Below are positions 8,673-18,895 of a DNA stretch of 64,000 nt, one piece after another. The number at the start of each line of letters is the position of its first letter. Position 1 is the first letter of the stretch. Origin of the DNA: Chitinophagaceae bacterium (GTDB lineage: Bacteria; Bacteroidota; Bacteroidia; Chitinophagales; Chitinophagaceae); contig CANGIY010000019.1 of NCBI GenBank assembly GCA_947454235.1, positions 627-64,626 of the forward strand, read 5' to 3'. A model generated the notes under the pieces. The model was given only the letters and a program-made list of their open reading frames with translations, was not told the origin of the DNA and searched no databases. A program made the translations under genes and the position numbers.

Positions 8673-10847
8673 ATGAATCTTTTCTACTTAGTCCCGGGAT
8701 TTGGAGTCCTGGCATTGTTGTACACGTTTGTAAAGAGTGCGTGGGTCTCGAAGCAAGATGCTGGTAACGACCGCATGAAAGAAATCTCTAAGTACATTGC
8801 CGAAGGTGCAATGGCGTTTTTGAAAGCTGAGTATAAAATACTCACTTATTTCGTGATTATCGCAGGCTTGTTGCTTGCTTTTATGGGATACAGCAATCCT
8901 AAGTCAAGCCCTGTTATTGCGCTTGCATTTGTAATTGGTGCAATTTTCAGTGCTCTTGCCGGTTTCATCGGTATGCGCATCGCAACTAAATCAAACGTTC
9001 GTACTGCTGAGGCAGCTAGAACAAGTCTTTCAAAAGCATTGTCTGTTTCTTTCACTGGTGGTTCAGTAATGGGTCTTGGTGTTGCAGGTTTGGCGGTACT
9101 TGGTCTTGGTAGCCTTTTCATCATTTTTAAAATGATGTTTGCCCCTAATGGTGGTGCGGAAGAAATGGAAAAAGCAATCGAAGTGCTTACCGGTTTCTCT
9201 CTGGGTGCTGAAAGTATTGCACTTTTCGCTCGCGTTGGCGGTGGTATCTATACAAAAGCTGCTGACGTAGGTGCTGACCTCGTTGGTAAAGTAGAGGCTG
9301 GTATCCCTGAAGATGACCCTCGTAATCCGGCTACAATTGCCGATAACGTAGGTGATAACGTAGGTGACGTTGCCGGTATGGGTGCCGACCTTTTTGGCTC
9401 TTATGTTGCTACGGTGTTGGCTACAATGGTGCTTGGTCGTGAAACAACATCAGCAGGCGATAACTTCGGTGGTATGGCTCCAATTCTATTGCCAATGCTG
9501 ATAGCTGGTGTAGGTATCGTGCTTTCCATCATCGGTACATTCTTTGTACGTATTTCTGATAATACTGGCAATAGTACTGCTGCTGTTCAAAAAGCGTTGA
9601 ACATGGGTAACTGGAGTTCGATTGTACTTACTGCAGTGGCTTGTTACTTCCTTGTAAACTATATTCTTCCTGAACACATGACACTTCGCGGATTCGAATT
9701 TACACGCAGTGGTGTTTTTGGCGCAATCATGGTAGGTTTAGTTGTTGGTACTTTGATGAGTATGATTACAGAATATTACACAGCAATGGGCAAACGTCCG
9801 GTGTTGAGCATTATTCGCCAGTCTTCTACAGGGCACGCTACAAATATTATTGGCGGTCTTGCAATTGGTATGGAATCGACTACATTACCAATCATTGTAC
9901 TTGCTGGTGGTATCTGGGGTTCTTATGCATGTGCTGGTCTTTATGGTGTAGCTATCGCGGCCGCAGGTATGATGGCGACTACAGCAATGCAATTAGCAAT
10001 CGATGCTTTTGGTCCAATCGCTGATAACGCGGGCGGTATTGCTGAAATGAGCGAATTGCCTAAAGAAGTACGCGAAAAAACTGATATTCTTGATGCCGTT
10101 GGTAATACTACTGCTGCAACAGGTAAAGGTTTCGCAATTGCTTCCGCTGCCCTTACTGCACTCGCTCTTTTCGCTGCATTCGTAGGTGTTGCGGGTATTT
10201 CTGGTATCGATATTTATAAAGCTAACGTTCTTGCTTGCTTGTTTGTTGGTGGTATGATACCATTCATTTTCTCATCACTCGCTATTCGTGCTGTAGGTGA
10301 GGCTGCAATGAGCATGGTTGAAGAAGTTCGTCGTCAGTTCCGTACCATTCCAGGTATCATGGAAGGTACAGGTAAGCCTGAATACGATAAATGCGTTGCG
10401 ATTTCTACACAAGCATCTATCAGGAAAATGGTTGCTCCTGGTGCTATCGCTATCATTTCTCCATTGGTAATTGGTTTCATGCCTGGTCTTGGAGCAGAAG
10501 CTCTTGGTGGGTTCCTTGCTGGTGCTACAGTAAGTGGTGTATTGATGGGCATGTTCCAGAACAACGCTGGTGGTGCTTGGGATAACGCTAAAAAATCGTT
10601 CGAGAAAGGTGTTGAAATTAACGGAGAGATTTTCTATAAAAAGTCAGAACCACATAAAGCATCTGTAACAGGTGATACTGTTGGTGATCCGTTTAAAGAT
10701 ACATCTGGTCCTTCAATGAACATCCTTATCAAATTGATGTCTATTGTTGCACTTGTAATTGCGCCAACAATCGCAGTTAAGTCAATCAAAACTACATCTA
10801 CTAAAGTTCAACCGAAAATTGAGGTTGCTGCGGTAGTAAAAAAATAG
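8673..10847 (+). CDS. hppA: membrane-bound ion-translocating pyrophosphatase, K+-dependent subtype signature
   Basis: ATG at 8673 ([11 protein letters not shown]). Motifs include [29 protein letters not shown] and [30 protein letters not shown] has Ala rather than Lys at the position known to separate K+-dependent from K+-independent enzymes. Confidence 0.9.
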   Translation: MNLFYLVPGFGVLALLYTFVKSAWVSKQDAGNDRMKEISKYIAEGAMAFLKAEYKILTYFVIIAGLLLAFMGYSNPKSSPVIALAFVIGAIFSALAGFIGMRIATKSNVRTAEAARTSLSKALSVSFTGGSVMGLGVAGLAVLGLGSLFIIFKMMFAPNGGAEEMEKAIEVLTGFSLGAESIALFARVGGGIYTKAADVGADLVGKVEAGIPEDDPRNPATIADNVGDNVGDVAGMGADLFGSYVATVLATMVLGRETTSAGDNFGGMAPILLPMLIAGVGIVLSIIGTFFVRISDNTGNSTAAVQKALNMGNWSSIVLTAVACYFLVNYILPEHMTLRGFEFTRSGVFGAIMVGLVVGTLMSMITEYYTAMGKRPVLSIIRQSSTGHATNIIGGLAIGMESTTLPIIVLAGGIWGSYACAGLYGVAIAAAGMMATTAMQLAIDAFGPIADNAGGIAEMSELPKEVREKTDILDAVGNTTAATGKGFAIASAALTALALFAAFVGVAGISGIDIYKANVLACLFVGGMIPFIFSSLAIRAVGEAAMSMVEEVRRQFRTIPGIMEGTGKPEYDKCVAISTQASIRKMVAPGAIAIISPLVIGFMPGLGAEALGGFLAGATVSGVLMGMFQNNAGGAWDNAKKSFEKGVEINGEIFYKKSEPHKASVTGDTVGDPFKDTSGPSMNILIKLMSIVALVIAPTIAVKSIKTTSTKVQPKIEVAAVVKK

Positions 10848-10864
10848 TTTTTAAATCATTTTTG

Positions 10865-10899
10865 AAAAAGGGTTGTCATTCTTTGGCAACCCTTTTTTT
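10865..10899 (+). terminator. intrinsic terminator after hppA
   Basis: The AAGGGTTG...CAACCCTT stem is followed by a T7 run. Confidence 0.7.
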
Positions 10900-10965
10900 A
10901 TTCTAATGCACTACTTTTTTAACTCTAATGAAAAGTATTAACTTTACCCCAAAAGCTACAAATCG

Positions 10966-11532
10966 ATGAAGAAATTACTTTTCGGGTTAGTGTTACTTTT
11001 TGCGACACAGGCAAATGCACAGTTGAAATCTATTCATGACCTCGAGGGGCAGGCAATGATGCCGTTCAATGTTTTTGAAAAAGAAGTTAAGAAGAAACAA
11101 TGGAAGTCGGAGCCTGAAGGCAGAATGGATACTTTGAACTACACTCGTTTTGTACCGGTTACGCTCAACGAGAAAAATTTGGGCGATTGCTACATGGTAT
11201 TTTACAAAAAGAAAAACGGGCCTATTGATTATATCGTGTATCAAACAATTAACGAGGGCGAATACAAGCGCTTGTATGGTGAAGCAAAAAAAGCCGGATA
11301 CAAGCATTATAAAGACGATAAGGCTGCAAATAGGAACACTGAAATTTTGACGAAGGAAATCTTTACCTTGAACGTTATGCAGGGAAAAGAGACGCCTGAA
11401 AGCCCTTTCGTGTATGTTTTTGGTATTAAGTTGCCTCCGCCATCAAATGCTAAGGCAATTCCTTCAAAAGTGGCACCGATCAATCAAAAAGTAGCACCTG
11501 CGCCTGTAAAAAAAGCGCCTGTAAAGAAATAG
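10966..11532 (+). CDS. secreted protein with Lys/Ala/Pro-rich tail, function unknown
   Basis: Signal peptide MKKLLFGLVLLFATQANAQ and a C-terminal low-complexity tail (KVAPINQKVAPAPVKKAPVKK). Confidence 0.5.
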   Translation: MKKLLFGLVLLFATQANAQLKSIHDLEGQAMMPFNVFEKEVKKKQWKSEPEGRMDTLNYTRFVPVTLNEKNLGDCYMVFYKKKNGPIDYIVYQTINEGEYKRLYGEAKKAGYKHYKDDKAANRNTEILTKEIFTLNVMQGKETPESPFVYVFGIKLPPPSNAKAIPSKVAPINQKVAPAPVKKAPVKK

Positions 11533-11638
11533 CAGTTGAGGTTCAATCCGGGAGTTTTCTCTGGTTTGTTCATTTACCTGGTCATATTGTGTCAGTCTTT
11601 TCAAGTGACTCACTCATCTAAAAAGCCGGCAAAGTCAG

Positions 11639-11675
11639 AGCTCCAATAGTCAAAATAGACTTTGGAGCTTTTTTC
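11639..11675 (+). terminator. intrinsic terminator
   Basis: AGCTCCAA (11639-46) pairs with TTGGAGCT (11662-69) and is followed by T6. Confidence 0.65.
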
Positions 11676-11760
11676 ATTTACTACACCTGCTGCTGCTGCT
11701 ACGATACAGCAAAGCATCAAAAGAAACTGTACCGAATGAAGAAGCTTCATGACAGGGCAT

Positions 11761-11786
11761 AAAAAAACCGTACTCATAAGTACGGT
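11761..11786 (-). terminator. intrinsic terminator after the bTHX gene
   Basis: On the minus strand the ACCGTAC/GTACGGT stem is followed by T7, 20 nt after the bTHX stop. Confidence 0.65.
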
Positions 11787-11805
11787 CTGAAAAAATCGAA
11801 AGATT

Positions 11806-11922
11806 TTAGTTTTGTTTTTCTGCTTTTGCAGCAACTTTTTTAGCTACTCTTGCAAGGCGCGACTTACCGAAGCTGCCAATATTAATTTTGCCTTTTTTAG
11901 TGCGTTTATCACCTCTTCCCAT
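11806..11922 (-). CDS. 30S ribosomal protein bTHX
   Basis: Hand translation gives MGRGDKRTKKGKINIGSFGKSRLARVAKKVAAKAEKQN (38 aa). The strongly basic MG(K/R)GD(K/R)...KGK..GS(F/Y)G pattern is that of THX peptides. It falls below the track length cut-off and is masked by a spurious 74-aa ORF (11610-11834). Confidence 0.75.
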   Translation of the reverse strand: MGRGDKRTKKGKINIGSFGKSRLARVAKKVAAKAEKQN

Positions 11923-12053
11923 TAGTAAAAGTTTTTAGAGTTGCGAAGGTAATAATAAACTTAAAAATAACCAATATTCAATTAAGAAAAGTGGCGTATG
12001 TATGGTGATTTTTGCTTGTTTGAGAGAATTATTCAAGATTGGGTTTAGGAAAC

Positions 12054-12332
12054 TTACATTTTTTCGATTTGCTCAGCGAAGTCCTTACCGGCTTTGAATT
12101 TAGCAACCTTTTTGGCACTGATTTTTAATTTTTTGCCATTTTGAGGATTGCGTCCATTTCTTGCAGAGCGTTCAGAAACTGTGAAGGTGCCGAAGCCAAC
12201 TAAAGTCACTCTATCTCCTTTTTTGAGTGTCGAAACTATGGCGTTTGTAAAAGCATCAATTGCTTTATTGGCCTGAGTTTTCGTGATTTCAGCGTCTTTC
12301 GAGATCTGATCAATTAATTCTGCCTTGTTCAT
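12054..12332 (-). CDS. hup: HU family DNA-binding protein
   Basis: MNKAELIDQISK..., GFGTF and RNGRNPQNGK motifs. 92 aa. Confidence 0.9.
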   Translation of the reverse strand: MNKAELIDQISKDAEITKTQANKAIDAFTNAIVSTLKKGDRVTLVGFGTFTVSERSARNGRNPQNGKKLKISAKKVAKFKAGKDFAEQIEKM

Positions 12333-12377
12333 AGCTTTTTAAATTTTGTAAAATTTATAAACTGTTGTGTGTTTATA

Positions 12378-12385
12378 CAAATATA
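12378..12385 (-). promoter_or_regulatory. candidate -7 box (TATATTTG) for the HU gene
   Basis: TAnnTTTG on the minus strand, 46 nt upstream of the HU ATG. Confidence 0.4.
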
Positions 12386-12600
12386 CTCACCTTATCGAAC
12401 AATAAAAATTTCATGAAAATATTTTTTTTAGAAAACATTAAGAAATAGGGGTTTCATAAAATGTGAATAATTTCAAAAGCGTAGTTGGCTGTTAGGGAAT
12501 TGAAAAAAGGTTTATTAATTCAATAAATTAATATCTGCAAGCAAGATAAATAAAATATATTCACTTGCTTTCTCCTTGTCACTTGCTGAGTAACAATATT

Positions 12601-12909
12601 TTATGCTTCTACACGTTGCATCACAGTTCTAAAAGCAACAAATTTTCCACCAAAGGCTTTCATGCCTTTTTCTCTCATGGTCATTGCATATTCGTCGATG
12701 TACTTATTGTATTCATTGATGGAGTTACAATGATATTGCGCTGCGTAAGTAAGACCGTCTGATTCGTCTTGGTCAAGGAGTTTAAAAAGGAGTGCATTTG
12801 TGAAAAGTCCGGTTTGCATGAGGTCAGGTATATGTTCATTATGCATCCATTGCACCCATGCGTCAGCCGAATTATGTTCTACCTTAATTGTTACGTTGTA
12901 TATAACCAT
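12601..12909 (-). CDS. DUF4286 family protein
   Basis: MVIYNVTIKVEHNSADAWVQWMHNEHIPDLMQTGLF matches the remembered DUF4286 pattern. It lies 4 nt downstream of rsgA. Confidence 0.65.
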   Translation of the reverse strand: MVIYNVTIKVEHNSADAWVQWMHNEHIPDLMQTGLFTNALLFKLLDQDESDGLTYAAQYHCNSINEYNKYIDEYAMTMREKGMKAFGGKFVAFRTVMQRVEA

Positions 12910-12913
12910 GATT

Positions 12914-13843
12914 TTACTTGTATTTTTCTTCTATTGACTCCATTATGTTGAGATAGCTATGGAAGCGTTCTTCAGTTATAGCACCATTTACCACAGCCTC
13001 AGCAACTGCACAACCTGGTTCGTGCATGTGTATGCAATTATTAAATTTACAGTTTTTGAGCCTTTCTTTCATCTCCGGGAAAAAGTGGGAGAGTTCTTGT
13101 TTCTCAAAGTCTATCAAACCAAATTCTTTCATGCCCGGTGTGTCTATTAGCACCGACTGTTCGTCCATGTCCATCATTTCAGCAAAGGTTGTAGTATGTT
13201 GTCCTTTTCCACTCCAGTTTGATATCTCATTAGTTTTGAGTTCCATACCCGGGATAAGCTGATTAATGAGGGTGCTTTTCCCTACACCTGAATGCCCGCT
13301 GATAAGAGTCGTTTTGTTGTGCAGTATACTTTTTAGTTCATCTAGTGTTGTTGCATCTATCGCCGAAATTTTTAGCACCTTATATCCAATGCCAGTGTAC
13401 AGTTCATACAGGTGATCTAATATCGCCTGATCCTTTGGTTTTACGGCATCTATTTTATTGAATACCAAAATGGCAGGAACATGGTAGGCTTCGGCAGTAA
13501 CTAAAAATCGATCAATAAAGCCGTTTGATGTTCTTGGGTTGTTGACTGTCGCTATCAACATCGCCTGGTCGAGATTGGAGGCAATGATGTGTTTTTGATT
13601 TTTATTGTGTGGTGATACCCTAACGATGTAATTTTTGCGGGTATCAATTTTTTCAATCATTGCAATTCGCTTCTCAGCGTCTTCTTCCATACAAGTTACC
13701 CTGTCGCCTACAGCAATAGGGTTTGTAGAAGATATTTCATCGTCTATTCTGAATTTACCTTTAATTCTGGCTTTCCAAACTTCACCTTCAGCAGTTTTTA
13801 CATCGTACCAACTACCGGTTGATTTATAAACGATTCCCTTCAT
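12914..13843 (-). CDS. rsgA: ribosome small-subunit-dependent GTPase A
   Basis: N-terminal OB fold, circularly permuted GTPase motifs (NKID..., GHSGVGKSTLIN, DTPG) and a C-terminal zinc knuckle CKFNNCIHMHEPGC. Confidence 0.9.
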   Translation of the reverse strand: MKGIVYKSTGSWYDVKTAEGEVWKARIKGKFRIDDEISSTNPIAVGDRVTCMEEDAEKRIAMIEKIDTRKNYIVRVSPHNKNQKHIIASNLDQAMLIATVNNPRTSNGFIDRFLVTAEAYHVPAILVFNKIDAVKPKDQAILDHLYELYTGIGYKVLKISAIDATTLDELKSILHNKTTLISGHSGVGKSTLINQLIPGMELKTNEISNWSGKGQHTTTFAEMMDMDEQSVLIDTPGMKEFGLIDFEKQELSHFFPEMKERLKNCKFNNCIHMHEPGCAVAEAVVNGAITEERFHSYLNIMESIEEKYK

Positions 13844-13879
13844 TCAGATTTTGGAAATTTTTGTAGCATAATTTCATGA

Positions 13880-15121
13880 CTATTCATAACGTAGTGCCTC
13901 AATAGGATTAAGACGTGATGCCTTTATTGCTGGGTAAATACCAGAAATCATGCCAACGGCTGCACACAAAGTAACGCCTACGGTAATCCAAAGCCACGGC
14001 ACTACAAACCCAACATTAAAAAACAGACCTATTAAATTACCTAGAATAACGCCCACTGTTACTCCGGCAGCACCACCCAAAAGGCTTATGATAACAGCTT
14101 CGGTAAGAAATAAATTTCTGATGTAGGAAGATTTTGCACCTAGAGCTTTACTGACTCCAATTTCTCTTGTACGTTCACTCACCGACTCAAGCATGATGTT
14201 CATAAGGCCGATTACGGAGTTGAAAAGTGTAATAATACAAATTACGATGGCGGCCATCTGTACATACTTTGTATTATCTATTACCATATTTACCAGATCG
14301 TTGTTTTGCGAAACACTGAAATTGTTTTCAGCACCCAGTGGTAAGTTCCTGATGACTCTGAAAATTCCTTCAGCTTCTTCAGCCGCGAACTTTTTAAGAC
14401 TTAACTCATGAATTAATATAGTGAGCAAATAGGAGTTCTCTCCGCCATAGCATTGACGGGCGGTATTTAAAGGTATTAAAATTGAGTTGTCATCGTTCAT
14501 GAACATACTCGAGCCTTTAGATGCTAAAACACCAACAACCCTGCATTGAATAGAGCCGATAGTTACGACCTGATTAACGGAATTTTCGATTTTTTTATTG
14601 AAAAGTTTTTTTGCTACACCCTCACCTAAAATACATACAAAGCTACCTGATTGCGCTTCGTTAGCAGTGAAATTTCGGCCGGTTGATAGTTTAGAATCGT
14701 TTACTTTAATATACGATTCATCAACGCCTGTTACATTGATGTTTGGATTTGTTTTTTCTGAACCGAACCGGGCTGTTTCAATTTGCGATGCATTCATAGA
14801 AAGCGCCACATCGGCAGGAAAATTAAATCGTTCTTTAAAAAGGCGCGCCTCGTTGTAAGTGATGGCCTTCCCTTCTGAAACGCTAATCCCCATTCCGCCT
14901 TTTCTTTTTTTCTTAATAATGTCGCTGGTGATTTGAAAGCTATTGGCTCCCATACTCGAAAAGCTGGTGTTGATAGCCATTTTCATCACCTCGATGCCGG
15001 TAAGTATGCCAACCAGAGCAGTAATACCCAGACCAATAACCGCAATAGTTATGCCCGAGCGAAGTTTGTTGTTTCTTACGCCCCTGAAAGCAAGAGTAAT
15101 ATTGAACCAGAATTTTTGCAC
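13880..15121 (-). CDS. ABC transporter permease, MacB/FtsX-like
   Basis: N-terminal TM, a large periplasmic domain, and a C-terminal FtsX-type 3-TM bundle (REIGVSKALGA...). No partner ATPase gene is present in the window. Confidence 0.8.
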   Translation of the reverse strand: MQKFWFNITLAFRGVRNNKLRSGITIAVIGLGITALVGILTGIEVMKMAINTSFSSMGANSFQITSDIIKKKRKGGMGISVSEGKAITYNEARLFKERFNFPADVALSMNASQIETARFGSEKTNPNINVTGVDESYIKVNDSKLSTGRNFTANEAQSGSFVCILGEGVAKKLFNKKIENSVNQVVTIGSIQCRVVGVLASKGSSMFMNDDNSILIPLNTARQCYGGENSYLLTILIHELSLKKFAAEEAEGIFRVIRNLPLGAENNFSVSQNNDLVNMVIDNTKYVQMAAIVICIITLFNSVIGLMNIMLESVSERTREIGVSKALGAKSSYIRNLFLTEAVIISLLGGAAGVTVGVILGNLIGLFFNVGFVVPWLWITVGVTLCAAVGMISGIYPAIKASRLNPIEALRYE

Positions 15122-15192
15122 TCTGTTGCCAAAGTTAAATGAAAACAGAGCAATACTGTTGAATGGCGAAGAATAATTAAAGAATTGTTTTC

Positions 15193-17619
15193 TTAAAGCG
15201 TTTTGTGGTCAAAGTTTTTTAGCCAAGGTACTATCCTGAATTGTGCCAATATTGCAACTACTACCAGTAAAGCAATGATGAAATTGCCAATATTTACAAA
15301 CTTAGTGTAGTTGTAAAATGATGCGGGGTGAAATTCAAAAACAATATTGTGGCTACCTGATGGTATTTCAATACCCCGCAGCGTGTAGTTGACCCTGTGA
15401 ATTTCTGTCTCTTTGCCGTCGATTTTTGCTACCCAGCCTTTAGGGTAATAAATCTCAGAAAATACAGCAAATCCAGGTGATGTATTTTTCGAAGTGTACT
15501 CTATTTTATCGGAAGTAAAATGTGTCATTTTTATTTCGGACGTGCTATCGTTGTTGTAATCTCGGCTTGCCAGTGTATGAGTTTCGGTTTTAGCAGTCAG
15601 AGCAACGTTTTTGGCATCAAAAAATGGAGTAGGTAATTTTGCTGTATCACCTATTGGTGCAGCATGCATGCTGTCCAATACTTCCTGTTCAGACCCAAGG
15701 TTTTTCAGGTGTGTAACAAACCACGCGTTCCCAAGTGCCCCCGACAGTGGTATTGATTGACTTGGGCGACCCGGCGATGCAACAATGATATATTTAGCAT
15801 TGAGCATTTTTAATACTTCACTATTGGGTGTGGGGTAGAAGTACTTCATTGCTAATTTGTTGTATGTTTTCAATGGGGCCGGGCTATTACCTCCTAAAGA
15901 CTTATGATAAAGAGATGATCGTGACGAAGTAAGTGGGGCAACTGTAATGTCGAAAACTCTTGAGTTGCTTGAATTATGATCTTTTAAAATTTCGGTGTCG
16001 GCATTTCTAGGTGCAAAAAGATTGGCAAATTGAACTTCGTCGCAAAAATTGGTTTCATTCAAATAATCCATACTTATTGGAATTAAATCAAGCGCTATGA
16101 TACACCCAAGTGCCGAGAAGAAAAGTAGTTTTTTGATTTTTCCTGAAAGATATAGCCAGAGCGCTCCAGTTAACACAGTGATAAATCCTGCACTTCGCAA
16201 CGCACTCATTAATGCCAGGTGTTTTCGGTCGTTTTGAAGCGCTGCGCTCAAAGCTACCTTCAGTGTTTTATCGTTCGGGTGGATGGTGCCAAGAATTTGA
16301 GGAACAGCAAAACCTAATGTTAGGCAGAGTGCAATGAGCGAAATACCGGCAACTAATACAATTTTTTTCTTTTTTTCTACATCTATTCCTGTTTCAAATA
16401 GGTCCTGGAGTCCCCAAAAGCCAACAAGGGGGAAAATGACTTGGGGTATGACCTTTGCCATAGTAACCGCCCGGAATTTATTGATGAAGGGGATGTTATC
16501 GAACAAGAAATAATTTAAAGTTTCAAAATTTCGCCCCCACGAAAGAGCAAACCCAATAAAAGAAAGCATTAGCAACCACCATTTTTGGTGAGTTTTAATG
16601 GTAATCATACCAATTACAAACAACAACCATATTGTTGCACCAAAATATACAGGCCCTATCAAATCGGGCTGAGCCCCCCAGTACAAGGGAACATTTTGCA
16701 TGTCAGGTGTTATCTGAGACGCTGCTTCGGGGGCTTTTGATGGTGCGGCAAAGCTGCTGCCCCCAAATAATTCAGGAATTAAACTGGTGAAGGTTTCAAT
16801 TTTTCCACTACTCCAGTTGAATGCAAACTCCCTTTGGGTTATTTTTTCACTATTCTGTTCATTGTCTTCTCCTCTTATTGAATAAGGGGCATATTCATGG
16901 GTAGTTGTGATAGCAGTTATATTGGGTAAAATACCTACACATGCACTTATTAATGCAATCAATGTAGCGATGGCGAATTGTCGATAATCGTTCGATTTTA
17001 TAGCCTGAACGAAGTAGTAAAGCCAAGTAGTACTGGCAATTACTAATGTGTAGAAAACAATTTGATAGTGGTTGTTGCTTAGTAGCAGCGCAACTGATAC
17101 GGATAAAATAGCAGCACCAGAGAGAAATCGCCTCCTGAAGATGTGGACAATTCCGGCGAGTACTACAGGCATATATGCAATTGAAAGAGCCTGTGTTTCG
17201 TGCCCTGCGGCAATTATGATTGTGTTAAACGATGCGAATGCAAATGCCATGGATCCTATTGCGGCAAGCCATTCGTCTTTCAAAAGCGTACGCAACAGAA
17301 TGAAAAATCCTGTGAGGTAAAGGAAATAAAAGTAGGTAGGCTTACCTACCGATTGTACAAATGTTTGAATTGTTATGGGGAGTGAGAATTGGGAGACTTC
17401 AGGGGCGATGGTGTAAGCCGGCATGCCACAAAAAACCGATGAATTCCACAGGACATTATTTCCTGTTTTTTCATGTTCATCAATTGATTGTTGTGCGCTG
17501 TATTTCCATTGAATATTGTCTGTTTCAACGAGTATTTTGCCCTGGAGCGCCGGTAGCGCAGGAAGTAGTGCTAAGACGAAAAAAAATACAAAAGGACTTG
17601 CCTTTTTGAAGTAGTTCAT
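15193..17619 (-). CDS. YfhO-family polytopic membrane protein (GT-C-like), paralog 1
   Basis: 808 aa. The N-terminal LWNSSVFCGMPAYTI motif, more than 10 TM helices and a C-terminal soluble beta-rich domain give the architecture of Bacteroidota YfhO-family proteins as remembered. Confidence 0.6.
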   Translation of the reverse strand: MNYFKKASPFVFFFVLALLPALPALQGKILVETDNIQWKYSAQQSIDEHEKTGNNVLWNSSVFCGMPAYTIAPEVSQFSLPITIQTFVQSVGKPTYFYFLYLTGFFILLRTLLKDEWLAAIGSMAFAFASFNTIIIAAGHETQALSIAYMPVVLAGIVHIFRRRFLSGAAILSVSVALLLSNNHYQIVFYTLVIASTTWLYYFVQAIKSNDYRQFAIATLIALISACVGILPNITAITTTHEYAPYSIRGEDNEQNSEKITQREFAFNWSSGKIETFTSLIPELFGGSSFAAPSKAPEAASQITPDMQNVPLYWGAQPDLIGPVYFGATIWLLFVIGMITIKTHQKWWLLMLSFIGFALSWGRNFETLNYFLFDNIPFINKFRAVTMAKVIPQVIFPLVGFWGLQDLFETGIDVEKKKKIVLVAGISLIALCLTLGFAVPQILGTIHPNDKTLKVALSAALQNDRKHLALMSALRSAGFITVLTGALWLYLSGKIKKLLFFSALGCIIALDLIPISMDYLNETNFCDEVQFANLFAPRNADTEILKDHNSSNSRVFDITVAPLTSSRSSLYHKSLGGNSPAPLKTYNKLAMKYFYPTPNSEVLKMLNAKYIIVASPGRPSQSIPLSGALGNAWFVTHLKNLGSEQEVLDSMHAAPIGDTAKLPTPFFDAKNVALTAKTETHTLASRDYNNDSTSEIKMTHFTSDKIEYTSKNTSPGFAVFSEIYYPKGWVAKIDGKETEIHRVNYTLRGIEIPSGSHNIVFEFHPASFYNYTKFVNIGNFIIALLVVVAILAQFRIVPWLKNFDHKTL

Positions 17620-17919
17620 AGTATAGCCGATAGAGTTGTAAGTCTAGGGTTATTCGATCAGTCGGTGTAAATGAATATATATAGGATAAAAGGTAAAAAA
17701 ACGCTCCATAAAATTAACTCAAAGTTGTTTTTCTGGGAAGTATTAGAATATATTTATTTTGTTTGGTTGGCTAGGATGTTGGTTTTCAGAAGAGTCGAAG
17801 TATGTGTCGAGAATTATTTGGTTAGTGGCAAATGGGTTTTTCTTAGAATAACGTGACACAGGAAGTAAGGATCGGTATCGCGGTAAACCAATTTACGTGT
17901 ACGATAAATTAGTTGAATG

Positions 17920-18093
17920 TTAATTTGAGTCAGCGACATTAAGGGAGTCGTTGCGCAGCATGTCAGATTTATTTTGCTGGATGTTTTTAGTTACGGAATT
18001 TCCGTAGCCCTTTTCCTTTGACTTTTGGGAATAAGTAAATAGCAAGAAAGCAGCAGTGGTCGCTATAGTAAGTATTGCTATTCTTTTTTGCAT
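17920..18093 (-). CDS. possible small membrane/secreted peptide (57 aa)
   Basis: Hand translation gives MQKRIAILTIATTAAFLLFTYSQKSKEKGYGNSVTKNIQQNKSDMLRNDSLNVADSN, with a hydrophobic N-terminus. It falls below the track cut-off and has no other support. Confidence 0.25.
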   Translation of the reverse strand: MQKRIAILTIATTAAFLLFTYSQKSKEKGYGNSVTKNIQQNKSDMLRNDSLNVADSN

Positions 18094-18164
18094 AATTCAA
18101 TCAAAGATAAAAATCTACACAATAAAAAAATAGTGGAGGTTGATGATATTTTTTGAATGCGAGC

Positions 18165-18192
18165 AAAAAAAAGAGCGACCAATTGGTCGCTC
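18165..18192 (-). terminator. intrinsic terminator after the DUF2911 gene
   Basis: GAGCGACC-AATT-GGTCGCTC hairpin followed by T8 on the minus strand. Confidence 0.7.
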
Positions 18193-18217
18193 GATTCAAT
18201 ATATTGATTGTCTATTA

Positions 18218-18703
18218 TTAGAATGGACGAATTTGAATGTTTACGTGATTATTGCCGTAGCAAAGTACAATGCCATCAACATTAAGTTCAATAGAGAATG
18301 CATCAACTTTCTTATCAACTTGAGTTACAGTTGCCTGACCGTCAAGAATATTTTGTTCTTTGATGCCTTCATAATTGAAGTTTTCAGCATTGTCTGTAAC
18401 TTTATTCAAGATGATTTCCCACTCATCTTTGCCAGGAACAGCTAAAAGTGAATAAGTGCCCGGGTTCACTTGACGACCGGCAAATAAGCAACCTACTGAT
18501 AATGTTACTAATGTTGGTTCGCCTACACCATTACGGAATATAGTTCCATTGACTGGTGTCGCACCTTTATCGCCTTTAGCAGGTTGACCATAAGATACGC
18601 TCACGATGTCTCCTTTTAAAACTGTATGTTTACCTGCAGGAGCTTTTGCGAAAGTGCTTATTGTCACCAATAAAAGTAAAGCTAATGATGTAATCCTTTT
18701 CAT
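18218..18703 (-). CDS. DUF2911-like secreted protein
   Basis: Signal peptide, then the pattern SVSYGQPAKG...FRNGVGEPT...GRQVNPGTYSLLAVPGKDEWEIILNK, which resembles DUF2911. Confidence 0.5.
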   Translation of the reverse strand: MKRITSLALLLLVTISTFAKAPAGKHTVLKGDIVSVSYGQPAKGDKGATPVNGTIFRNGVGEPTLVTLSVGCLFAGRQVNPGTYSLLAVPGKDEWEIILNKVTDNAENFNYEGIKEQNILDGQATVTQVDKKVDAFSIELNVDGIVLCYGNNHVNIQIRPF

Positions 18704-18895
18704 GTTTGTTGAATTTAGTGCAAGATAATATTTATTACCTTATGTAGACAGTGCAATAGAAAAAAAGGTTGGGGAAGAGACAAAGATTTCAAATTATTTG
18801 TCTATGAATCGCTTTGAATGTGATTTCAAATGTTTGAAAATCAATTTCAGAAGAATTTTATGTAGTTGTTTAACTTTGTAGAAGCGTAAATAAAG

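Noticed and set aside
11610-11834. 74-aa minus-strand ORF listed in the track
   Set aside because: It runs through two intrinsic terminators and overlaps, out of frame, the 3' end of the far more convincing bTHX gene. It has no recognisable motif.
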